NCBI RefSeq assembly: GCF_038025025.1
Contig: NW_027117338.1
Location: 1,860,001 to 1,924,000 of the forward strand
Source: Phyllosticta citribraziliensis
Lineage: Eukaryota
Length of the DNA stretch: 64,000 nt
Direction: 5' to 3'
The position numbers and the translations under genes are program-made. Below the pieces are notes generated by a model. The model worked only from the letters and a program-made list of their open reading frames with translations. It searched no databases and was not told the DNA's origin. Below are positions 40,160-51,080 of this stretch, in pieces; positions within the stretch are counted from its first letter, which is position 1, and every line of letters starts with the position of its first letter.

Positions 40160-40394
40160 ATACCATTCTAACGGAATTGCTATCGATTACCTGGCCGGTT
40201 CAAGTCGAGGTGGTGGGGACTGACAGTGTTTACTGGATGCTCTCTTCAGCCCTATGGTCAGGACATCAACTCCGGCTGCCCCAGGCTAACCCAAATCGGC
40301 CCTGGTCCGCTGTGTCCCAGGTGAGCTTCGTTCCAAGCTCCATCTTGCCCTTCCACCTACCAACTGCACCCACAGGCCGAAAAGAACCTTCACC

Positions 40395-40949
40395 ATGGCA
40401 CCTCTATCGCACAACCGAACAGAGTATGATCACAATGCTCTCCTCGAGAAGCTCGACATGTTCCGCGTGCGCAAGCCGTTCCGCAACCCCAACTGGAAGC
40501 CCCCTCAGCGCCGCAACAAGAACATCAAGCAAATCATCTCCGAAGCTCAGCGAAAGGAAGCTTCCGTCATGGCGACTCAGAACAACTCCGGATCTTCGAC
40601 TCCCGCAGTCAACCTCGGCATGAACAACGGAGGGACGGGCGCGGGTACGCCTGCCAACGGCGCGAACGCCAACATTGCGCAGGCAGCGCAGAACCTGTCG
40701 GCAATGGTAGCCAAAGGTGGCAATGTGTCCAACGGACCTGCCGTCACGTATACGAATGTTGAGGCGCCGCCGAGTCTGCAGGTCAAGCGAAAGTATTGCG
40801 ACATCACGGGCCTGCCGTCCAAATACACAGACCCGAAGACCAGGCTGCGATACCACAACTCGGAGGTTTTTGGAATCATCAGGACAATGGGCCAGTCTGT
40901 CACGGAAAACTACCTTGCGGCAAGAGGAGCACACACAGTGTTGAAATGA
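40395..40949 (+). CDS. IES6: INO80 complex subunit Ies6 (YL1 C-terminal domain)
   Basis: KPFRNPNWKPPQRRNKNIKQI; TYTNVEAPPSL..KYCDITGLPSKYTDPKTRLRYHNSEVF..YLAARGA; CACCATGG start context. Confidence 0.95.
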   Translation: MAPLSHNRTEYDHNALLEKLDMFRVRKPFRNPNWKPPQRRNKNIKQIISEAQRKEASVMATQNNSGSSTPAVNLGMNNGGTGAGTPANGANANIAQAAQNLSAMVAKGGNVSNGPAVTYTNVEAPPSLQVKRKYCDITGLPSKYTDPKTRLRYHNSEVFGIIRTMGQSVTENYLAARGAHTVLK

Positions 40950-42039
40950 AGGACATGTTTCGGAGATTCACGCCGCACCCAGCCGACAAAGGAAGCACCA
41001 TGGCTGGGCCATGACTGCTACCTCAGTTCTGGAAGCTCGCAGGACTGTTCACGCCCTTGTCAAATCACGAGAAGCGCCCGCTCTAAAACAGACAGATTGC
41101 ATTACTACGGATATGTTCGACCCTCTAAGTCAAGCCTCCTCCACCCGCCCTGCCCCTCTCGAGACAGGATTCAAGAAGACGCTCCGGCTTATTTGGGATC
41201 ATCATGGGTTGGTCTTCGCCAAAGAGCAGAGTACCGAGACCTCATTGTGAGAAGGATCAGTTACAGAGGAAACAGAGTTCCAGCTGTTGCTCAGGCGGGC
41301 AAGGCAAGTTTGCTATGGCTGGATACGTGCAAGTTTATAGAAATATAAAGCTTGGAATCAGTAATTGTGCATTCATTGAACCTGCCTGTGCCAAATGTGG
41401 ATGCTTTGGTGTGCGCCGCGTGCGCTCATCATCCCTTGTGTGCTTTAGCCGACGAGGATCAATCTTCCAAATCCAACGGGAAGGCTGTCCACAGGAGTGG
41501 AGGACCACTCGAGAATATACAGGTGATGGCTGTCATCAAGCCTCACTGTGAGATTCCAGTTCCAAGCGTTTCAAGTTGGTCTGATGCGGGCAGCAGATGC
41601 ATAGCCAGGAGAGAATCTGGGCAGCACCATGGGTGCGTCGACGGCGTTGGGAGTGCGTGGAAGGCGATTGATCGTAAGTTCGTCGATTTCTTGAGTCAAG
41701 CTGGGTGTTGGTGGTACGATAAGAGGGTGGCAGTTCGCGTTTTTTTAGCGTCTCGCGTCAGTGTCTCGGTAGCCGGCCGGCCAAGACTTTTTGGCCGAGC
41801 ACATGAACGCGTGCTCTTAGCGCAACCTGGGAAGTGGCCTCTGCCGCGGAGCACCGACCACCACCAGCCAAACTTCCTACAGTTGCCGTTGAACCAGCTC
41901 CGGTCGATCTTCCATCATCGTACACAAACAACTCGACCTTGAACTTCCCTACGCCGACACGACGACCCCCGACTCGGTCCCAAATCCTTCTACCCATTGA
42001 GGCACACTCTCAACACCAGCATCAATCTAAATCGACACC

Positions 42040-42743
42040 ATGCCGACCTTTTGGCTCAGCGATTCGCAGAGTACGCCGCCGTCCTCCGCATCACGATATG
42101 CCGTCACTGACTCGATTGCTGTTGACAGAAATCGGAGTCGCCTTCTGCTCAGGGGGTAGGTACGACAAGCATCCCTAGGCGCAACCAGAAGGCGTTGCAT
42201 CTCTTGCTCGCAGAAACCAGCACACTGACGCCATGGATTGCACCGCACAGGCGGCTTTTTTCTCCTGGCGGGAGTGATGATGTTCTTCGATAGGGCACTG
42301 TAAGTTCCCCAATCTTTGAATGTTTTGGCGCAACGGAAAGGACAGAGAAGACTGACAGACAGATTAGGCTCGCAATGGGTAACGTACGTCCGACTATCCG
42401 ACCTCGCAAGACAGCCGCACCTGTCTGATACCTTGCGCGCCAACAGATCCTGTTCATCTGCGGCCTCACGCTGCTCATCGGCCTACAAAAGACGCTCCTC
42501 TTCTTCGCCCGCCGCCAGAAGATCGCCGGCACCGCCTCGTTCATCGCGGGCATCGTGCTCATCCTTCTCCGTTGGCCACTGATCGGATTCGTCGTCGAGC
42601 TATATGGAATCTTTGTCCTGTTTGGAGACTTCTTCGCCACGATTGCCGGCTTCATACGCCCCGTGCCGTACGTTGGACCATACGTCGCAACTGCGCTGGA
42701 GAAGATTAGCGGCGGAAGGAGGAACGCGGAGCTGCCCGTGTAA
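42040..42743 (+). CDS. GOT1: Golgi transport protein Got1, 5 exons
   Basis: Spliced product [74 protein letters not shown]..ELPV; includes 16-nt exon 42368-42383. Confidence 0.93.
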
Positions 42744-43673
42744 GAGGGCACACCTGGTGAGGTGAAGAAGGAATGACGAAAAGGGAGATAATGAAAAAAT
42801 TGTCCGTCGGCTTGGTAGCAGGTTTCAATTGCCAACGCGTCACGGCTTGGAAGCGGGAGTTGCGGGACGGCATTTTAGGGCGCAAGACTTTTGTATCGAC
42901 CGGCGCTGGCTGGAGGAGAGACTCTGTGTTCAGACCAAGACGGTCAAGCAGGCCTTTGTGCCTTGCATTTAGGGATCCAGGACCCTGCATAAGAAAAAGA
43001 GGAGGGATGCTAGGTTCAAGCCGTCAAACGGCAGGGGAGAGGTGCGGTGCCTTTTAGCGTCACATGGCCAGGATCCATTATCTGCGTCAGTTGTATGATG
43101 AATGTCAAGCTTCAAAAAAAAGTACGCTATTCGTGTATAAGGACATTGGCCGGCGCCACACTGACGACATCCCTGCCGACGCGACAGCCAATCACGAACA
43201 GGCTTTATGCTTTTACCAAGGCCAAGTGCACGTCCACTGGAGGAAAATAGTCTGCCCTTCGAAGCATTCGCTGGTGACCTGACATTTTGCTAATTTTGCG
43301 GCCAAATCCCAGGATACAAGTCTTGTAAACGCAGATTGCCCGCATTGGGCATGTCGCCGGCCGCAGCAACGACAAAGCGGGAAGGAGGAACAATATGAAG
43401 AACGCCACTTTGTTCACAATTGGATACCCAAGACATCTACCTCTATACAGTTTGAAAAGACCCTTGATTTGCCCTAGCCCCATGCATAAGTGTCGTCGGT
43501 ATTTCGCTGAATTAAAAGGAAGAGACCCCCAAAAAAGAAATTTATCTGACATGAACATGACCGTAAGCCGGTGGAAGCGCCAAACTCGAGAGGTTCGTCC
43601 GTTCCACACAATAAATGCGGCATGAGAATTGGCCCCAACTTTTTCCAAATCACATCACCATCGGAAGAACTTT

Positions 43674-44906
<1,233 letters not shown>

Positions 44907-44984
44907 TGTGGTGGAGGAAGAGCGGACGGTGGGGAGGTGAGGGCAACGAGTAGAGAAGCTAGTCGAAGAGCTAAGGTAGGGGAG

Positions 44985-45159
44985 TTTATAGAAGCAAGAA
45001 AAGGGCCGGATAGTGGGAGCGCAATTGATTGCGGTGACCGAGTTGCAAAGTTAAAGTGAGTCAACGTGAGGAGTGGTCAGCGAAAGGGCTCGGCTTTGTG
45101 AAAGCGAAGGCATGATTTGGCACTGGCCATTATTTTTTTGGCCCGACAAGAAATGACTC
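44985..45159 (-). promoter_or_regulatory. DAHP synthase promoter: TATAAA plus Gcn4/CpcA elements
   Basis: TATAAA on the minus strand at 44985-44990; TGAGTCA 45057-45063; TGACTC 45154-45159. Confidence 0.75.
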
Positions 45160-45841
45160 CACTGCGGGACCGGGAAGCTCACGGCTGATCTAATCTGATC
45201 TCTGGACGTCGGCTGCCGGAGAAGCGCCACACTTGCCTGTGCTGTCATCTGTGGCGGTGCCGCTTCACTTCACTTCACAACACCACGACCTCCCACTGTT
45301 GTCATCCCTCTCGGTATTCGACCCTCAGCTCTCCACCGCTGCCTCCCATCTTCACCGCCTTGCGCCTTGCGCCATCTCCATCACCCCAACGACGGCCCCT
45401 CCCATCAGCGCACCCACAACTACGCGCCGTCTCGGCCACGCGCCCTCGCGCTTGCTTCCCGTTTGACAGCCGCAGCAGGGGCCCCTCGGGCCAGGACGCG
45501 GCCGGAGACGGCGGGCGGCTGGTTTCAGTGCCACTTGCCCCAGTCCACCTTCAACACCTGCAACGCAGCGCGCATTTCCTCCGTCTTTTGCTGAAACCCG
45601 GTCCAATGCCGCTTCGGCTCTGGAGACCCGCCTCTCTTGTCGTCACCCACGCCTCTTGTGCCTTCTAGCTCTGCAATGCTGCACGTCAACGACGCTTGAA
45701 CCTTCGATCATGACTCTGACTTCTGGTCCGGCGGTCCCCCACCTATTTGCCTTACCCGGATCTGTCCTCCCTCACGCCAATACCTTCCGCTCGCTTTCGC
45801 CTCGCCAGACCGCCGTGTCCCACCTGTCTCGACCCACCGCC

Positions 45842-46671
45842 ATGAAGCGTGAGCGAGATTCCGAAGATCCTCAGACAGGTCCCGGCCGCGCCGAAAAGGT
45901 ATTGCAGTCATGATCGACATTCTCTTCACGACCAATCTGTAACCGAGCTTCCAGAGATTCCGCGCCGCTCCCCCGCCCGCTCTTCAGCAACCACACAATG
46001 CCTCATCGACTTCGGGAGGCCCTTTCCAAAACCCCAACGCATCACCGTGTCTTCCAGCATTGACGCCCGGTCACTCGGACGATTCGAGCTGCGACTCGCC
46101 TGAGCTACCCTCGTACATGAACTCGGCTGCGGGAGATACGGAAATGCGCGACTACCCCGAAGACGACTTTGCCATTACAAGATCTCATCCAAGTTCGCCG
46201 GCGCTCCCATTCGCACTGCCGGAACGGCTCAACCCACGCCCACAAGTAGATCCCAGCACAAGCAGGATTCCCACGCCGATATACGGTTCTTTTCCGCCCA
46301 AAGTCATCACCAATCGTGGTAGGGACCATAGCTTCATGGAAGTGGAAGAGTCGTCAGAGACAGACAACCGTCACCAACCGAATAATGGCAAAACCCATCG
46401 AATACCTTCTCCTATCAGCGAGGACGAAATGGCCATGACCCCCACGACTGTGGCAGGAGCACGCCTCTCACGGCTACAAGTGGCGAGCAACGAAAACATG
46501 GAGATGGACATGACTGGTTCTGACAATTCGGGAAAAGCATCTGCTGCCAGGGGCGTCAAAGCAAGAAGTGGAGCAACGTGCAAGAAAAAGTTCTACATGG
46601 GTTACAGGGACGACTGCCCGAAATGCCAGGCCAAAGTGCCAGGTCATAACGCACACTTTCTCCCTCTCTAA
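45842..46671 (+). CDS. Hypothetical protein with C-terminal CxxC..H..H motif, 2 exons
   Basis: MKRERDSED..AEK, intron 45899-45954, then in frame with ORF 46060..46671; ends MGYRDDCPKCQAKVPGHNAHFLPL. Extra upstream exons not excluded. Confidence 0.75.
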
Positions 46672-46970
46672 CGAAGAAATGATGATGTCAGATACAGACT
46701 GCAGATAACGACGGGATGGGGCGTATTGTGGTACATACAGAATGGGCAATTACAAGGAACGTAAGAACTATCGCTTCAAACAATAAGACGCAGCCATACA
46801 TGCTATAGCATAGCTCCGGGTTTCGAGCAACGATCGCCTCAACAGCCTGCCACCAGCTTCTCTTCTTCGTCGAGGTTTTCAAAAATTCACATGAAATCTT
46901 CCAATTCTTTCTTTCCGTCTATCGATTATGACCAAGTCAACGCTCCAGAGTGTACTGGTCCTTGTCCACT

Positions 46971-48107
46971 TCAAATATATGTTCGCAAGAATTCGCCCAG
47001 CGCCATGATCCCCATCGCTTGTCCGTACGGCATGCTCGTCCTTTCAATGTCAATGTAGTGTTGCAGGTCACTACCCATGCCCGTACCGAAACTTGTGTCT
47101 ACCAGCTCTCCGTCTTCGCTAATCTTGGCCAGCACCGCATGTACAGCCTGAACACCAACCGTTTCAAACTCTTTGGGGATATATCGCTTGCGGACTGCCT
47201 TCAAAATTCCGTACGCGAATCCGGCTGTTGCGCTGGACTCCACATACGACCCGGCTGCCTCAGGGAGATCAAGAAGGGTGCGCCAGAGCCCGCTTGGCGT
47301 TTGCAATGATGCAAGAGCCAAGCACTGTGCTTTGAGCACATCGAGGAGATATCGGCGCAGTGGGTCCGTCGGTGGCAAGTCGAGAAGCTCAATGAAATCA
47401 GGAATCACTATAGTGATCCAGGAATTCCCTCGAGCCCATCTCGCCTTGGCAAAATTGTGACCGCTAACTCCGTCGGTGTTGAATTGCCAGCCATGGAAGA
47501 ACAATCCAGTATCCCGGTCAAACAAGAATTGCATGTGGACCATGAATTGGCGCTTGGCCTCTTCCACATACTCGGGTCGATTCAAAACAAGGCCAATCTT
47601 TGCCAACGGCATGACAGTCATCATGAGGGTGTCATCCCACAACTGGTCCTTGTTCTCTTCGAGATATGTCTGGTGCTGCATGCCACCAAAGGGTGTTCGC
47701 GGCAACTCATGCATTGCCCACTCGGCCCAAGCCTCCAGCCACGGCCGCCAGCACTCGTTTCGCGTCTGAGGATTCTCGTAGAGGTAGGCGAGGGTCAAGA
47801 ACGGACTCATCGTGTTGATGTTTTTGGTTGTTCCTTCGGCCAACCGCCCCTTGAACCATTCCAGGATGATCGCAAGACTCTCCGGCGACCCGGTCAGTTT
47901 GTGGTACTGGTACAGCCCGTATAGACCGACGCCGTGGGTCCATTCCCAGTCATTCCATCCTTTGGTGTCGATTATTCGACCGTCTGGAAGTCGCAGGAGA
48001 AAGTGTCCACTGGTGTCTTGGATGTTGACAAGATTGTTGGTGAGCTTCTGGATGGCAGTATGGACGATGGGGCTTGTAAGCCCATGAGACGTAAGAGGGG
48101 TAGGCAT
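46971..48107 (-). CDS. Glycoside hydrolase family 105 (YteR-like unsaturated rhamnogalacturonyl hydrolase), intronless, no signal peptide
   Basis: WEWTHGVGLYG, QLWDDTLMM, TGLFFHGW, WARGNSW, GLWRTLLD, YVESSATAG, PYGQA; start MPTPLTS at 48107. Confidence 0.92.
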   Translation of the reverse strand: MPTPLTSHGLTSPIVHTAIQKLTNNLVNIQDTSGHFLLRLPDGRIIDTKGWNDWEWTHGVGLYGLYQYHKLTGSPESLAIILEWFKGRLAEGTTKNINTMSPFLTLAYLYENPQTRNECWRPWLEAWAEWAMHELPRTPFGGMQHQTYLEENKDQLWDDTLMMTVMPLAKIGLVLNRPEYVEEAKRQFMVHMQFLFDRDTGLFFHGWQFNTDGVSGHNFAKARWARGNSWITIVIPDFIELLDLPPTDPLRRYLLDVLKAQCLALASLQTPSGLWRTLLDLPEAAGSYVESSATAGFAYGILKAVRKRYIPKEFETVGVQAVHAVLAKISEDGELVDTSFGTGMGSDLQHYIDIERTSMPYGQAMGIMALGEFLRTYI

Positions 48108-48412
48108 GGTGGTAGGTGGCCAATTGATGCAACGCCCAATTTCCGAGCAACAAGACGAAGCAGTTGGGACTGTTGGTGGCTTCTTGAATGCTCCTGACCT
48201 TTGGCCAAATTCTGGAGGAGGTAAGAAAAGAGACGGCAAAACAATGGTTCGAGACCTTGGATTGACCCCCACGTCAGCAAATGCGAGCCCTGCCCAGCCC
48301 TGCATCAACAACAGAGCACCGGTTCGTATGCATCAGGCGTTCGTCTATTGCCCCCGTGGTCTACGCCGCACAACCCCGCCGGCGGTCAATATTCCGAAGA
48401 CCGAGGCCTGCC

Positions 48413-48421
48413 ATTGGCGGA
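48413..48421 (-). promoter_or_regulatory. Galacturonic-acid responsive element (GARE, GaaR site)
   Basis: ATTGGCGGA = TCCGCCAAT on the minus strand, an exact TCCNCCAAT match; second core CCACCAA at 48173-48179. Confidence 0.65.
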
Positions 48422-48979
48422 AGCGTAGCGAGGTTGGACAGGGCAGGCGTCTTTCCTAGCGCTTTCCCCGGCTTTACACTCCGCATTTTACCCCAGTTCT
48501 CCGGCTTTGCCCCCAGGTTTCGGTACACATGTCCACGGCTTCTCCACATGTAGCATGTCCCCGGACAATCTGTTTGGGGGAAAGCCGCTCTCGATGTTCT
48601 CAAAGAAATACCTGAATTGAGGATCCTGCCCCGCGTGGGAATCCTTCCAAAACTACGTCTTCTCAACGTCTTTGACCACAAGGTGTTCTGTCTCTCAATT
48701 TCTCCGCTATCGTTCATCCCTTGGGTCGAGGAAAGCGTCCGTCCCCTTATCCTCTCATCCGGTGGCGCCTGCAGTGGCGGCCTGTCACCAGCGCTGAAAG
48801 GACGGAAATAATCACCAAGACACGAGCGATCTGCTCGGGTGGGATTCCGCCGCTGTGAGATATTGGCCAGGTCGCAGGTGGTATCTCGGCAGTCTTTGAA
48901 CTTGATATATTCTGTTGAGCGTCGTTCTCTAAGGCCCTCAGCGCTTGTCATCGCCTTTCGACCACAAGTTCCTTTCGAC

Positions 48980-50808
48980 ATGACCGGAACCCCAGAAATG
49001 CGGCCTCGGTCCGCCAACAGTGCACAACACGCAGCAGGCGCTCCAGACGTCGACAAAAACGATGTTGCGCACGTCGAGAGAGTTCTCTCAGGAGGAGACC
49101 CTGAGCTCGAGAAAGAGCATGTCAATTACGACCGCATCGACAAGGAGGTTGCAAAATATGCCACAATGGGCCACATCGAAATCAGCGAGGAAGAGAACAA
49201 GAGGCTCAAAAGGCTGATTGACAGAAGAGTTCTCCCAATCATGGTGTTTACATACTTCCTGCAAGCATTGGACAAAGGCACCATGTCCTTCGCCAGCATC
49301 ATGGGAATCAAGGACGACTTGCACTTGGTCAAACAAGAGGTTTTTGCATTACTCATCCGATCAAGATACTGGTGCTAACAACCATTACAGTACTCTTGGC
49401 TCACGACATGTATCTACATTGCCGTCTTGATCGTCGAGTACCCAACCAACTGGATCATCCAACGGGTGCCCATTGCCAAGTATCTCTCCGCGAACATTAT
49501 GATTTGGGGCGCTGTGCTTGCTCTTCACGCGGCTTGCAATAACTTCACCACAAGTAAGTTTCTTCTGCTGGCCATAATGCATGACGCTTATTTTGGCAGT
49601 CGTCACCGTCCGCACACTCCTGGGTATATTCGAAGCCGTGTGTCAGCCTGCTTTTCTGGTCATGTCCAGCATGTGGTACAAGCGCTCAGAACAGGCCCAG
49701 ATTGTTACTTACTGGTACATGGTAAGCCGGAGTCCCTGATACTAAATCGATCCTTGAGAGTTTCCGTTAACATACTGCTCTTCAAGATGAATGGCGGCCA
49801 GCAGATCGTTGGTGGCATTTTGGCCTACTGCTTTACACTCATCGGAAGAGACGGTCCAATCAAGTCCTGGCAAGCCATCTTCATCGCATACGGATCCTTT
49901 TCGGTACTGTGGGGTGTCTTTGTGCTCTTCTGGCTGCCAGACAGCCCCATGCGAGCCAAGTGCTACTCCGAGGAAGACAAGGCACTGATGGTGGAGCGAG
50001 TACGAACCAACCAGACGGGCCTCCAAAATAAGACGTTCCGGATGGCGCACGTCAAAGAGGCGTTTCGCGACCCGCAGATGTACTGCTATTGCCTCATCGC
50101 CGTCTGCACGACTCTCCCCACCAGCGGACTCGGCGCTTTCGCAAACATCATCATCACCAGCTTCAACTTCACGGTTCTCGAGACACAGCTTCTGTCCATG
50201 GTCCTCGGAGCATTCATCATCGTTGTCTTGCTTGGTAGCACATATGTTGTTCGAAAGACAGGCCAAAACTGCCTCATCATGGGACTTTTCGTGATTCCGT
50301 AAGTCCACTCTCTCACGAGTGCTTCCCAACCCCTCCAATTAACATCACGCACAGCTCCTTTGCCGGCACCATCGTGTTGATGTCGGTCGAAAACAAGGAT
50401 ACGGCCACGAAAGCCGGCCTCCTCTTCTCCTACTACATCGTGCTCTCCTTCTGGGCCGCCCAAAACCTGGCCATGTCCATGATCAGCCGCAACGTCGCGG
50501 GGCAAACCAAAAAGTCGATCGTCGTGGCGGCAAACTTTGTCTCGTGGGCCGCCGGCAACGCCATCGGGCCGCAGGTCTTCCTCGACTACGACGCCCCGCG
50601 CTACTTCATCGCCTTCGCCACGCACATGGGCTGCTACGTGCTGCTGGTCATTGTCATTGTGTTTTTGTGGTGGTGGCTGCGCCGGGAGAATAGGCGGAAG
50701 GATGAGCTGGCTGGCCATGGCATTGGCGAGGCGAACGATGCTAATTACACCCACGCTTGGGAAGATCTGACTGATAGAGAGAACGCGAACTTTAGGTACA
50801 TTTACTAG
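48980..50808 (+). CDS. MFS transporter, anion:cation symporter / Dal5 allantoate-permease-like family, 5 exons
   Basis: IDRRVLP..YFLQALDKGT, RTLLGIFEA..PAF, MWYKRSEQ, LPDSPMRAK, SRNVAGQTKK, GNAIGPQVF, DLTDRENANFRYIY; introns 49340-49390, 49554-49599, 49722-49787, about 50299-50353. Confidence 0.93.
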
Positions 50809-51080
50809 GGAGCGGCGTGAGGTTGTGATTTGGACTGGATATATCTATACCCCCGTTGTTACAGTTGCGCTTGTAGCAATGAATTACCTGCTCAAATCGC
50901 CCCTAAGTGTGTCCTCGTGTCTGTCACGCTTCCAGTAAAGCTTGGAAATCGGGATTCCTGAACTCCACCGTTTCGATGGTCTCGTATTTTCTGCCTATGT
51001 TTTCAATACAGGGGCTTGATGCAAGCATCCAGGTGATTGGGGATTCCTCGTCTGCACCCTAATCAAATCAACTCTCTGTC

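Noticed and set aside
40183..40210. ATTACCTGG (U1-like 5' end) and GGTTCAAGTC (B-box/T-loop-like)
   Set aside because: No U1 loop I/II or Sm site, no pairing T-stem and no cloverleaf.
46971..48107. Recent bacterial horizontal transfer of the intronless GH105
   Set aside because: Composition matches its neighbours, other native genes here are also intronless (SLH1, IES6), and GH105 is widespread in fungi. A phylogeny would be needed.
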